From the IMG/VR virus record IMGVR_UViG_3300021959_000014: 64,000 nucleotides of DNA; one strand, given 5' to 3'. Positions within the stretch are counted from its first letter, which is position 1; each line of letters starts with the position of its first letter. Below the pieces are notes generated by a model. The model did not search any database. It was not told the DNA's origin and was given only the letters and a program-made list of their open reading frames with translations. Shown piece after piece: positions 31,420 through 40,311 of this stretch. The translations under genes and the position numbers were made by a program. The stretch comes from an uncultured virus (IMG/VR IMGVR_UViG_3300021959_000014). Lineage: Duplodnaviria > Heunggongvirae > Uroviricota > Caudoviricetes.

Positions 31420-31725
31420 TTAATCTCTAAACCCTAAGAAAAAATCGTTTGAAGCTGAGTAAAATAAACCACCGGATACTGCGGTTGGTGTTGTTGTTTG
31501 AGCTTTCATTTGTAAAGTACCTTCTTCATTAATTCTTAACTTTTCTTCTCCACTTACATTAACACTAAAATAGTCTGCTGCTCCGTCGAAGTTCAAAGTA
31601 AATGACCCTGATGATTGTTCAACACTACCTGTCAGGTTTATACTCCCTGAGATACCTAGAGATCCTGTTAGAACTCTAGAACCTGTTAAATCGCCATCTA
31701 TCTGTTTCCAATGTATTAAAGCCAT
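31420..31725 (-). CDS. Small structural protein (LTGS/ISGS repeats)
   Basis: 101 aa, coupled by TAATG to the gp15-like gene; same TGS/SGS motif as the fibers. Confidence 0.7.
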   Translation of the reverse strand: MALIHWKQIDGDLTGSRVLTGSLGISGSINLTGSVEQSSGSFTLNFDGAADYFSVNVSGEEKLRINEEGTLQMKAQTTTPTAVSGGLFYSASNDFFLGFRD

Positions 31726-32954
31726 TATGTTACGTTCTTTATTTTACCTGTAAAAATAATTTGATCTCCTGATCCTATGTTGTATCCCAGGTTAGTTACG
31801 TCAACACATATCTCTATATTACTACCTACCTCTACTACTGTGTAGTCTTGTGGGGCTATATGTTGTCCGTTAATATATAGTGAGAATCTTTCTTCTCCTG
31901 GTATAAATCCATTTGGTGCTGGTACGAATGCTAAGTTATTAAAGGTAATACAGTTGTTATTTAACGATCCTACTGTAGTAACTGTTAAATTTGTACCTAT
32001 ATAAGCTATTTCGTCGGGTGTCAGTGTTGATTGTGCCGGTATTCCACCTCCTGCTGAATCGATAAACCTTGTAGTTGTTTCTGCTTGAGATGTTCCTGCT
32101 TTTGCTGTTAACTCTTCTAAAGTACCTGCTGTTTCTAGTTTAAAGTTTACACTAGACTTAGAATAATACTTATTCATACCCGCAATATGTGATTGTATTG
32201 AGTCTGATATAATATATCCGTGCATCTGTATAGTAAAAGTGGTCTTTACGGCCCTGTCTTCCCCCTGTGTTAGTTCTGTAGCTGTAGTATACGTGTCTAT
32301 TTTAGCTCTAAAGCTAAATTTTTCTTCATCTCCCCAATAAGAGTCAGAAGCATAGTTTATTGCTTCTATTATCTTATTCATTTGTTCAATGTAATCTGTG
32401 AATATTAAACAAGAGTACGATAATGTAACATAATCCGGTACAATTACCCCGTATAGTTCATCTGATTTACTTCGATTGGTTAATACGCTAAATCTATCGT
32501 ATATATTCTTTCTAGAAAAGCTTTTTTTAAAAATACCATACGTTAATGGGTTGTTTGGATCTACCTTATTGCCTAAACCTCTATTTTTTTCAACGCTATC
32601 GCGTTTAAACATAAGTAAAGGTGCTTGAATCTTACCATTCTTATCTCGGTAAAAGCCGTCTTTCTGTACTGCTTTCCATCTTTCCGGAGAACCGTATAAT
32701 ACCGGTACGTTCTTACGAGAGCCATTCTGTATTACAGAGGGTTTAATAACATTGTTAAAATAGTAGACTATTGTTTCATCTATATCCCTTAAACCAATGT
32801 GTAATCTTTTGGTGGTATCGTTTTTTACAGATCTCTGTAGTTCTCTTTTTGTATTGTCAGCAATAGTTGGTTTAGGTCCAGACGCTTGTGAGCTAATTAT
32901 GTTATTAGCTATTTCTTTCTGTGATTTTGGTATTGGTCTGTTTTTCTTTGCCAT
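31725..32954 (-). CDS. gp15: T4 gp15-like tail completion/terminator protein with C-terminal beta-domain extension
   Basis: VPVLYGSPERW, PLLMFKR, VPDYVTLSY..IFTDYIEQMNKIIE, TTFTIQMHGYI pattern; position after gp13/gp14-like genes. Confidence 0.6.
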   Translation of the reverse strand: MAKKNRPIPKSQKEIANNIISSQASGPKPTIADNTKRELQRSVKNDTTKRLHIGLRDIDETIVYYFNNVIKPSVIQNGSRKNVPVLYGSPERWKAVQKDGFYRDKNGKIQAPLLMFKRDSVEKNRGLGNKVDPNNPLTYGIFKKSFSRKNIYDRFSVLTNRSKSDELYGVIVPDYVTLSYSCLIFTDYIEQMNKIIEAINYASDSYWGDEEKFSFRAKIDTYTTATELTQGEDRAVKTTFTIQMHGYIISDSIQSHIAGMNKYYSKSSVNFKLETAGTLEELTAKAGTSQAETTTRFIDSAGGGIPAQSTLTPDEIAYIGTNLTVTTVGSLNNNCITFNNLAFVPAPNGFIPGEERFSLYINGQHIAPQDYTVVEVGSNIEICVDVTNLGYNIGSGDQIIFTGKIKNVT

Positions 32955-32956
32955 TA

Positions 32957-33442
32957 TTATAAGCTTTGTCTTGCTATTCCTACTCTATCTGCTCTTGTTA
33001 AATGAGTATCTAATACTATTGATATTGAAGAACCAAATCCTGCTGTTCTTTCTACGTTATAGTCGTTGTTTCTTCCATAAAACAGCTCATTTTCTTTAAC
33101 TGTATCTACTTCATAGTAATCTTCATGCCACATTACTATATCTCCTACCTCTGGAACTAATGATATATCTACTAAGTCTTGTTTAAGTAAAGCAAATGAT
33201 GCATCCCTTCCTAAATCAGGTCCAAATTCATCTACATCTACTACCTGATCTCCTCTAGTTATCAAACAATTAAGTTTAACTGGTTGTAGATAAGTTTTTT
33301 GCATAGCTTCTCCGTATATATTAGTATTAGTATCTGCTAAATTCATCTTATAGATCAGAATTTCCTGTTCTATGACATCTTTAAGCAGTTCTCTATTAAT
33401 ATGAACTAGTAGGTTAAAATCTTTCTTACTTCCAAATAGCAT
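32957..33442 (-). CDS. gp14: T4 gp14-like neck/head-completion protein
   Basis: NIYGE, FG, PEVGDIVMW..YYEV pattern; position between gp13- and gp15-like genes. Confidence 0.6.
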   Translation of the reverse strand: MLFGSKKDFNLLVHINRELLKDVIEQEILIYKMNLADTNTNIYGEAMQKTYLQPVKLNCLITRGDQVVDVDEFGPDLGRDASFALLKQDLVDISLVPEVGDIVMWHEDYYEVDTVKENELFYGRNNDYNVERTAGFGSSISIVLDTHLTRADRVGIARQSL

Positions 33443-33741
33443 TACTTCTCTTGTATTGTTTCTTTCGCTGTTTCAATTTTAATTATATTAGGATACTTCT
33501 CCATAGCATTGCTTTTAAACAATTGAAATGCTTCAATTCCTTCTTTTTGAGTAATAACTTTTACTTTAAACGTCATTGTGCTCATTTCTGTAGATTGACC
33601 TGCATTTGTTACTGTTGTTACTCCTGGGAGTGCTCTTAGAAGTTCAGCTAAGTCTTCACTTTCACCGTCTTCGTAAAGGACTCTTATCATCCCTTCGTAG
33701 GTTTTGAACTGTATCTGCTCTAATATCCTTAATAGTTTCAT
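33442..33741 (-). CDS. Small hypothetical protein with MKLLRILE leader (ferredoxin-like beta-alpha-beta pattern)
   Basis: 99 aa, coupled on both sides by TAATG; LRALPGVTTV. Confidence 0.7.
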   Translation of the reverse strand: MKLLRILEQIQFKTYEGMIRVLYEDGESEDLAELLRALPGVTTVTNAGQSTEMSTMTFKVKVITQKEGIEAFQLFKSNAMEKYPNIIKIETAKETIQEK

Positions 33742-34883
33742 TATCCTACATGAATTGTTAGTGGAACTTGAGATAATGTCTGTCTTAGGAAGTCTGCTTC
33801 TTGAGCTTGTGCTTCCATTTGAGAACCTCTTGATGCTTCTTCTAACATTTCTCTTAAATTAAGAAGTAGTTTGTCTTTTTCGTTTCTTGCATCTGTTAAC
33901 AAATCTGCTTGATTAAGTGTTGCTTCAGCACCAGGTACTGGTACCGTTGCGTATTTTCCTCTTATGTATCCTAGCAATTCTTTAGCTAAGGCTAATGTGT
34001 ATTGGAATATCCACTGTCTACCCACACTATTAATATGTGTGTATGTTGGGTTTTCATATGGTACTTCTGATACAGTTGTTATAAGGTTAACTGAGTTATT
34101 AAAGTTAACTGCTTCTTTATCTGTATTTTTATAGTACTCAAAGAATAGCTTTCCAGCTGTTTGAGGTATAGGGAATAGTTTTAACTTGTTATTCACTAAT
34201 TCAAATGTAAATGTAGATCTTCTAATTTGATCATTAAATTCTATTGCTTGCATCTTCATAACGTCGTATGATGCTGGCATTAACATAAAGTTTATACCTG
34301 GGCTGAATTGTCCAAATCCAAATGAGTCCATTAGTGACTGTATTCCTGTCCCTGTTCCTGCATAAGGGTCAAAGTACCTTGTTATTGCTGGTGGTGCTTC
34401 ATAAAATACTCTTCTAATTTCTATTCCATCTGTTATTCCTTTTTCAGACGCCCATAAATCTAAATCGTATTCTTGTACTGAGCCGGTTAATTCTACTGAG
34501 CCAGAATATTTAGTTACATTTCCTCCTACTCCTGCTTCTGTACCGTAGTTCTTAGCTATGGTTACAAAACGAGTTATAGTCGGTTCAACTAATTGATTAT
34601 TTAATGAACTACCGGTAGAAGCCCCTTCTAAGTTTAAGTAATTTTCTCTAATTTTAAATTGAAAAACTTCATTCCCGTAGACAGTTACAGCTTCTTCAAA
34701 GCAAGCGTAAAAAGATCCTGATTGTAGTTCAACATCCATTAACGGGTACCCTAGTCTTTGAGCACAAAATCTTGCTACTTTATCAGCATCAGTACTAAAG
34801 TCCGAGTCACTGTCGTAAAATCCGAATGGTGTTTGGCCAGAACCAAATGTAGATGTTCCTGCCCATATAGATATATTACTCAT
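33741..34883 (-). CDS. gp13: T4 gp13-like neck protein
   Basis: RLGYPLMDVEL at the N-terminus and WIFQYTLALAKELLGYIRGKY..VP.PG....LN..LL signature. Confidence 0.8.
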   Translation of the reverse strand: MSNISIWAGTSTFGSGQTPFGFYDSDSDFSTDADKVARFCAQRLGYPLMDVELQSGSFYACFEEAVTVYGNEVFQFKIRENYLNLEGASTGSSLNNQLVEPTITRFVTIAKNYGTEAGVGGNVTKYSGSVELTGSVQEYDLDLWASEKGITDGIEIRRVFYEAPPAITRYFDPYAGTGTGIQSLMDSFGFGQFSPGINFMLMPASYDVMKMQAIEFNDQIRRSTFTFELVNNKLKLFPIPQTAGKLFFEYYKNTDKEAVNFNNSVNLITTVSEVPYENPTYTHINSVGRQWIFQYTLALAKELLGYIRGKYATVPVPGAEATLNQADLLTDARNEKDKLLLNLREMLEEASRGSQMEAQAQEADFLRQTLSQVPLTIHVG

Positions 34884-34898
34884 AGTTACAGTTTATAT

Positions 34899-34906
34899 AT
34901 AAATAG
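34899..34906 (-). promoter_or_regulatory. Putative late promoter CTATTTAT
   Basis: About 16 nt upstream of the neck gene ATG. Confidence 0.6.
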
Positions 34907-34909
34907 TGA

Positions 34910-35596
34910 CTAATCTCTGAAGGTTTTATATACCTCTAATATTGGTGCTACTATTTTGTGTCTGTGGTTATGCAAAAGTGCATATGTTTTGAATCCACTT
35001 ACCTTTTCTTCTATTCTAGATAAGAATGAAAACCCAGTTTCTCTTTTATCTTTAAGGTCTATCTGTGCCATATCGCCACATATTACCATTTTAGATCCTT
35101 TACCTAGTCTACCAACAACTGTTTCCATTTGATTGTGGGTAACATTCTGTGCTTCATCTACTATGACGAAAGAATCAACAAATGTACGTCCTCTCATAAA
35201 AGCAAATGGTACAATCTCAATATTACCTGCTTCAACTTCTTTATCAACTTTCTCTTTATTATATAACATATAAAGGTTGTGGTATATTGGAGCTAACCAT
35301 GGGTCCATTTTTTCTCTAATATCTCCTGGTAGAAATCCTATATCTTCTTTTGATACTGTTGGTCTTGTGATAACTATCTTATGTACCTGTTTAGTAAAGA
35401 GTAGATCTAACGCAACCTGTGTAGCTACTAATGTCTTTCCTGATCCTGCCATACCTTTTAGTACTGTGACAGGTGCGTCCATTATTATAGCTTTAGCTGC
35501 TTTTTGCTCTTCGTTAAGTTGAACTTGAAATTTTATTGGGCGTTTTGGTCTTCTCTTTTGGACGAATACTTCGTCAGTGTGGTGTTTTGAAGGCAT
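34910..35596 (-). CDS. phoH: PhoH-family ATPase
   Basis: GMAGSGKT Walker A, ITRP, GFLPGD, FMRGRTF, IVDEAQN, RLG, GD..QIDL, RH. Confidence 0.95.
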   Translation of the reverse strand: MPSKHHTDEVFVQKRRPKRPIKFQVQLNEEQKAAKAIIMDAPVTVLKGMAGSGKTLVATQVALDLLFTKQVHKIVITRPTVSKEDIGFLPGDIREKMDPWLAPIYHNLYMLYNKEKVDKEVEAGNIEIVPFAFMRGRTFVDSFVIVDEAQNVTHNQMETVVGRLGKGSKMVICGDMAQIDLKDKRETGFSFLSRIEEKVSGFKTYALLHNHRHKIVAPILEVYKTFRD

Positions 35597-35622
35597 TTAT
35601 TAAAACGTTTTAATTTATACTA

Positions 35623-35630
35623 ATAAATAG
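35623..35630 (-). promoter_or_regulatory. Putative late promoter CTATTTAT for phoH
   Basis: Immediately downstream of the capsid terminator, about 27 nt upstream of the phoH ATG. Confidence 0.6.
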
Positions 35631-35633
35631 TAC

Positions 35634-35659
35634 AAAAAAAAAGAGGCCCGAAGGCCTCT
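35634..35659 (-). terminator. Rho-independent terminator after the major capsid gene
   Basis: AGAGGCC-UUCG-GGCCUCU followed by a U-tract; C(UUCG)G tetraloop. Confidence 0.95.
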
Positions 35660-35682
35660 CTTAATATAAATCTAGGTTAATA

Positions 35683-37287
35683 CTAGATAGTAGCTAATCC
35701 ACTAACGTGTACTTTACCGTAGAATTCTGGTCTGATCATTTTCTTCGCGTAACGAGTCATGATACCTTTTCTTGGTGTGAAAGATACTGGATCGTATACT
35801 AGAGGAGTCATGATTAATGGTACATAAGGAGCATATACAGCACCGCTTTCTAAGAACTGACCACCTCTAAATCCACAAAGGATAGTGTTTTCAGTCATAT
35901 AAGGGTTTTTGTATACCTTAAATCTACCGTTTAATTGACCTACTTTCTGTACTCCGAAAGCAAATTCTGCTGAGTCACCATCTGTATTAGCAGCATATCC
36001 TGGAATTGATTCTAAGATTGTAGCTACTGTTGGAGAACATACTAGGAAGTTTGCACCACCTCTTAATGTTTTTTGGTGAATCTTGTTAGATACTTTTTGG
36101 ATTTTAGTTCCTAAAGTTTGGAACCATTGTCCTTGAGTATTGTAGAAGTCTGATCCAGCATCTGCCCAAGCAGTACCGTTCCATACTCTGTTGTTTTGTG
36201 CAGACCATCTTTCAGTAGTAGCTGCACCACTGATCAACATGTCTAAGATCTCTAGATCAATTTCCATTGAGATGTACTCACTCAATAAAGAAGTAAGTTC
36301 TGCCTCAGCGTCAATTGAATGATAAGCATTAAGATCCTGAGCAAACTCTGGAGTCCATTGTGCTTTCAATTTTCTAGTTTTAGCAACTACTGCTTCAGAT
36401 TTCAACTCTACGTTGATTTCTGGAATAGCTAATGAAGAAACTGCTCCTGCTGCAGGTGCTGATGAATCTTCAAAGTCACCTCTTGAATTGTCTGCTGGTT
36501 GTGCGTGATAGTTAACTGATGCAGAGAATGGAGAAACTAAAGTTTTTCCAGCTGGTGCATCTTCTACTACGAATGTTACATCTGTTCCGTCAAACTTAGT
36601 AAGTTCTGGGTTAAGTGTAATATCTACTGAAGAAGATAAAAGTCTAAATGCTCTTACACCTTCTGCGTCAAATCCTGGTATAGTTGCTGCTGCAACTGTT
36701 ACTTTTCTGTAGTTCGCTGGATCTTTAGCATCATCGTAATCGATAAGTGCTTCAGTAGCTGAACCAGTTACTTGAGCGTCTGCTGCTCCAGTTAACGCTT
36801 TAATAGAGTATCCGAATTGACCTGCTCCGTAAAGTCCGTCTGCAGCATCAACATCTTTTGCCATTTTTGTTCCAGCTTCAGTCACGTTACCGTGCATGTT
36901 GTCGCCGTCTGCTCTACCGATTGAATCAGCAGAACCGTATTTAAAGTCTAAGTAAAATACTAGACCTGAAGGTAAGTTCATTGGTTGAACTGATACAAAG
37001 TCTTTTGCAGAGATTTGAGCGAATACCTTACGTACTAAAGGTAAAGCTACTCCAGCCCACTGCTCATTACCTGAAGCAGTTGCACCGATTGCACCTGTAC
37101 CTGTAGATGATTGTTCTGCTACGATTTGCTTAGCTTGATTTTCTAACATCATCGACATGTTTGCCGAATCTTTAGAGTTCAATCCTTCTAGCAATCCAGA
37201 AGCAGCCCATTTGTCAGCTAAACGTGATGCATCAGCAGCGAGTGCTTTGTATCCGTTAGCGCTTTCTAAAAGAGAATTAATTTCCAT
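35683..37287 (-). CDS. gp23: Major capsid protein, T4 gp23-like
   Basis: LPLVRKVF, VQPM..PSGLVFYL, AKTRKLKAQWTPEFAQDL.AYH.IDAEAEL, YAPYVPL, FTPRKGIMTRY. Confidence 0.97.
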   Translation of the reverse strand: MEINSLLESANGYKALAADASRLADKWAASGLLEGLNSKDSANMSMMLENQAKQIVAEQSSTGTGAIGATASGNEQWAGVALPLVRKVFAQISAKDFVSVQPMNLPSGLVFYLDFKYGSADSIGRADGDNMHGNVTEAGTKMAKDVDAADGLYGAGQFGYSIKALTGAADAQVTGSATEALIDYDDAKDPANYRKVTVAAATIPGFDAEGVRAFRLLSSSVDITLNPELTKFDGTDVTFVVEDAPAGKTLVSPFSASVNYHAQPADNSRGDFEDSSAPAAGAVSSLAIPEINVELKSEAVVAKTRKLKAQWTPEFAQDLNAYHSIDAEAELTSLLSEYISMEIDLEILDMLISGAATTERWSAQNNRVWNGTAWADAGSDFYNTQGQWFQTLGTKIQKVSNKIHQKTLRGGANFLVCSPTVATILESIPGYAANTDGDSAEFAFGVQKVGQLNGRFKVYKNPYMTENTILCGFRGGQFLESGAVYAPYVPLIMTPLVYDPVSFTPRKGIMTRYAKKMIRPEFYGKVHVSGLATI

Positions 37288-37322
37288 GATTGTTTGTTTT
37301 TTTAATTTTAATTTTTAAATAA

Positions 37323-38357
37323 TTAGTTTGTTATAATACCTGCTAACTTTTGCATTCTTCTAACTGCATCAGATACTTCGCTAATAACTTCTGGCTTACT
37401 TGCAGTAGTTCCAGTAGCTTTACTTGCCATACCTAATTTTGATTCTTTAATAGTAGTAGATGGTTTTTTAACTACAATACTATCAGAAACAGTTTCAAAT
37501 ACTAATTTAACTTCTTTTACTGTTTCGGCTTTGTCGAAAGCAGCGATTATGTTAACTTTCTGTGATTCGTTAAGGTTATTTGCCTTAAACACTTTATTCA
37601 CATACATTAACTTAGCATTAAGAAGGTTTACTTCTTGAAGTTGACTTTGTAAAGTTCCAATAGTCGATAAAGCTTCGTTTAACTCAGAGTCATCTTCGTT
37701 AACTTCTTCTTCTACACCTTCCTCGTGAGGAGTGTTACAGTGTGCTTCTTCTACTTCTTCTTCTTCTAGTGTTTCTTCATTAGTAGCTTCTAGTTCTGCT
37801 AATAATTCATCTAGATCAATTTCTTCTTCAGATCCTGCAGCAGCGATGTCATCCATCTCTTCTCCAGCGTCCATGTCAGCATTGTCTAATTCTTCTGCAC
37901 CATCTCCCATTTCTTGAGAAATAATGTCACGAATAAGATTTTTTAAGTCATCGACTTCCATGTCTTTAACTTCTACCTCTTCTTCGTCTTCGATTGCGTC
38001 GTCTTCAGATTCTTCTGAATCATCCTCAGCATCGTCAGCTTCTTCTTCAGCTTCTTCCATTTTTTTGTAGTCGCCTTCTGCAACGTCTTCTTCTACTTCC
38101 TCAAGTTGATCGTGTGGATTCTCATCATGAGCATCTACATTACCTTGAGCTTCTGCTACTTCTTCTTCTACATCTTCAGATTCGGTAACCACTTCTTCTA
38201 CAGTAGAATCTTCCATCTCTTGTAGTTTAGCAGCTAACATATCTTTTAGGTGAGGAGTTAAAGTCTCTTCTAAAGCTTCTTTAGCGTTGGTTATTGCGGC
38301 TTCTCTAATAGATTTTGCTTCAGCAATAGCTTGCTTGAATAAATCTTTGTTTGCCAT
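37323..38357 (-). CDS. Prohead core scaffold protein (gp22-like)
   Basis: Highly acidic coiled-coil protein directly upstream of the capsid gene; many (L/I/V)xE sites; ends RMQKLAGI. Confidence 0.8.
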   Translation of the reverse strand: MANKDLFKQAIAEAKSIREAAITNAKEALEETLTPHLKDMLAAKLQEMEDSTVEEVVTESEDVEEEVAEAQGNVDAHDENPHDQLEEVEEDVAEGDYKKMEEAEEEADDAEDDSEESEDDAIEDEEEVEVKDMEVDDLKNLIRDIISQEMGDGAEELDNADMDAGEEMDDIAAAGSEEEIDLDELLAELEATNEETLEEEEVEEAHCNTPHEEGVEEEVNEDDSELNEALSTIGTLQSQLQEVNLLNAKLMYVNKVFKANNLNESQKVNIIAAFDKAETVKEVKLVFETVSDSIVVKKPSTTIKESKLGMASKATGTTASKPEVISEVSDAVRRMQKLAGIITN

Positions 38358-38445
38358 AATAAATTTTTTGGATTTCTACGATTATTTAAATCGTAATAGG
38401 AAATTATAAAAAGTTAATGCAGTATAAGGAACTGCATATTCCTAT
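38358..38445 (-). promoter_or_regulatory. Structured 5' leader of the scaffold-capsid operon
   Basis: Inverted repeats ATGCAGT/ACTGCAT (38417-38437), TACGATT/AATCGTA (38377-38395) and ATAGGAA/TTCCTAT. Confidence 0.55.
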
Positions 38446-38453
38446 ATAAATAT
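38446..38453 (-). promoter_or_regulatory. Putative late promoter ATATTTAT for scaffold/capsid
   Basis: About 89 nt upstream of the scaffold ATG, just after a terminator. Confidence 0.65.
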
Positions 38454-38464
38454 ATACTTTTTTC

Positions 38465-38497
38465 ATAAAACAAGAAAACCACCTAAAAAAGATGGTT
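38465..38497 (-). terminator. Probable intrinsic terminator after 38541..39086
   Basis: AACCAUCU-UUUUU-AGGUGGUU stem (one G-U pair) followed by UUCUUGUUUU. Confidence 0.65.
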
Positions 38498-38540
38498 AAC
38501 TTTCCTGCTCGTCGGTAGCGTCCGAGGAATTATCGTTACA

Positions 38541-39086
38541 TTAAGATACTAGATCTGATGCTGCCTGTTTAAGTAGAGAGGTTACTTCCACGCCTTTAAT
38601 TAATGCTTTTGCGGAAAGACCTGCTGCTGCTGCCCATCTAGTAGTTTTAAGAGCTTGTAGAGCTCCTCCTCCTGCTTGACCTGCCATTAAGAAAATTAAG
38701 ATACCGTATACTATTTTAGTTGCTGCTGATTTCTTCTTTTCATCTTTAGTAAACATGCCCACTATACGTTTGATAGGTGCCATAAACGCTGCTTCGTTCT
38801 TATGTGTGAAGTCTTCCCACCATTCAGCACTTTTGAGTATTCCGGGTTTATTATATTTCTTAGATAGCGATTTAGCAATCTTAGCAAGCATATGTGCTAC
38901 TGTGTTAGATAGAAGTATATATCCTATTATACCTACTACTCCAGCGACTTCGTTTGTATCTCCGTCTAATTCACCTTTATGCGGTCTTAGCTCTTTTTCT
39001 ATTGCTTTTGCTATTTGGTCTGCCATTTGCCCCATTCCTGGTTCAGCATTACCTTCTGCTTCTAGAATAATACTTGCTAACTTCAT
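38541..39086 (-). CDS. Hypothetical protein with MKLASIILE leader and hydrophobic Gly/Ala-rich helices
   Basis: 181 aa; VAGVVGIIGYILL and IVYGILIFLMAG segments; coupled to the protease gene. Confidence 0.75.
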   Translation of the reverse strand: MKLASIILEAEGNAEPGMGQMADQIAKAIEKELRPHKGELDGDTNEVAGVVGIIGYILLSNTVAHMLAKIAKSLSKKYNKPGILKSAEWWEDFTHKNEAAFMAPIKRIVGMFTKDEKKKSAATKIVYGILIFLMAGQAGGGALQALKTTRWAAAAGLSAKALIKGVEVTSLLKQAASDLVS

Positions 39087-39664
39087 TAAGCTCTTAGTAT
39101 ATCGTTTAAGATTGCATCCAGCTTAATAAACTTAGATGCCTTACCTTTTCCTTCATTAAGTGAAATAGGATTCATAAATGCTCCATGAGTAGAAGGATTA
39201 GATACAAAATCCCAACATACCAATTCAAAATCATCTTGCACTTCTAATGCTCCTTCATTTGTTTGTTGTACTGAGCCTGTTCCTCTAGATGATATCCCTA
39301 TAGTGTGTCCTGCTTTAATTATTTCTTTTACAATATTACCTGAAGGTGTATTTAGTAGTTCCACACGTCCCATAAGGTCGTTTCCCTTCCACCATAAGTC
39401 TTTTACTATGTGTGAAGCGTTCTTTAGAGAGACAATGGGAGACTCAGGGTGATCTAATTCTCCAAATGCATTACCGTTTGAAACAAATTCAGAGATATAC
39501 TTCTTAGTTTCTCTTTCTAAAATAGCTTTACTATAAGTTCTACCATTTTGATTCTTTGCAGTTGCTCTTTGCATAACTCCTTCTACTTCGTATACTCCAG
39601 GTCTTTCTTTGGATTCTCTTAGAATAGGATTAAATGATGTAACTTCTATAAGTAATTGTGCCAT
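39086..39664 (-). CDS. gp21: Prohead core protease, T4 gp21-like
   Basis: KNQNGRTY, GELDHP, SH, NTPSG.I, GISSRGTGS, DFVSNPS..GAF. Confidence 0.95.
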   Translation of the reverse strand: MAQLLIEVTSFNPILRESKERPGVYEVEGVMQRATAKNQNGRTYSKAILERETKKYISEFVSNGNAFGELDHPESPIVSLKNASHIVKDLWWKGNDLMGRVELLNTPSGNIVKEIIKAGHTIGISSRGTGSVQQTNEGALEVQDDFELVCWDFVSNPSTHGAFMNPISLNEGKGKASKFIKLDAILNDILRA

Positions 39665-39684
39665 GTTATTTTTGTTTTTTCAGA

Positions 39685-40311
39685 TTAAAGATTTAAATCA
39701 TCTTTAGATGCTACTTTTATGATTTTATGCATCTCGTTATTTAAATGGTTAACAACATCTTCTGCGTAAAATAAATCGTCCTGTACTAAATCAGTGTAAA
39801 GTTCTTGAAAATAGTTTAAGAATTTAGCTTTTAATTGTTGGTTTAATAAACCTTCGATACGTTCCGCTACTTCTCTATCAACTCTAGCTTCATATATATT
39901 ATCTGATGGTGAGTTTGAAATAGCATTTAGTATATCATCAGCTGTTTCTGGTTGGATCTGTCCGTCATCTAATAATTTAAATATTATTTTTCTAAGAGTT
40001 TCTGTTGATGCTGTCATTTTTAAAGCTTCTTCAACTTCTCCATCTGCAGGATCAATATCTTTTAGTAAGTCAATTGCTCTTGCTATTTTAGGATTTTTAA
40101 GAATATTTTCGTTTTCTTTTTCCGCTAACTTATTTACCAGAGCAATGACTGCAGATGCCATTGTTTGTGGGTTTTTTATCTGGTTTGCAAAGTTATTAAG
40201 TACTGAGTCGGGTATTGTAGGAAGGTTAACTGCTTGTGCTTCTTCTAGCTTGCGTGCTTCTGTTAAACGTCTTTTTTGATTCCAACTATATATGTCAAAG
40301 TTATCTTTCAT
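39685..40311 (-). CDS. Modular hypothetical protein, putative internal head protein
   Basis: MKDNFDI..RLTE|ARKLEE|A leader; further VEE|A and IYE|A junctions. Confidence 0.7.
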   Translation of the reverse strand: MKDNFDIYSWNQKRRLTEARKLEEAQAVNLPTIPDSVLNNFANQIKNPQTMASAVIALVNKLAEKENENILKNPKIARAIDLLKDIDPADGEVEEALKMTASTETLRKIIFKLLDDGQIQPETADDILNAISNSPSDNIYEARVDREVAERIEGLLNQQLKAKFLNYFQELYTDLVQDDLFYAEDVVNHLNNEMHKIIKVASKDDLNL

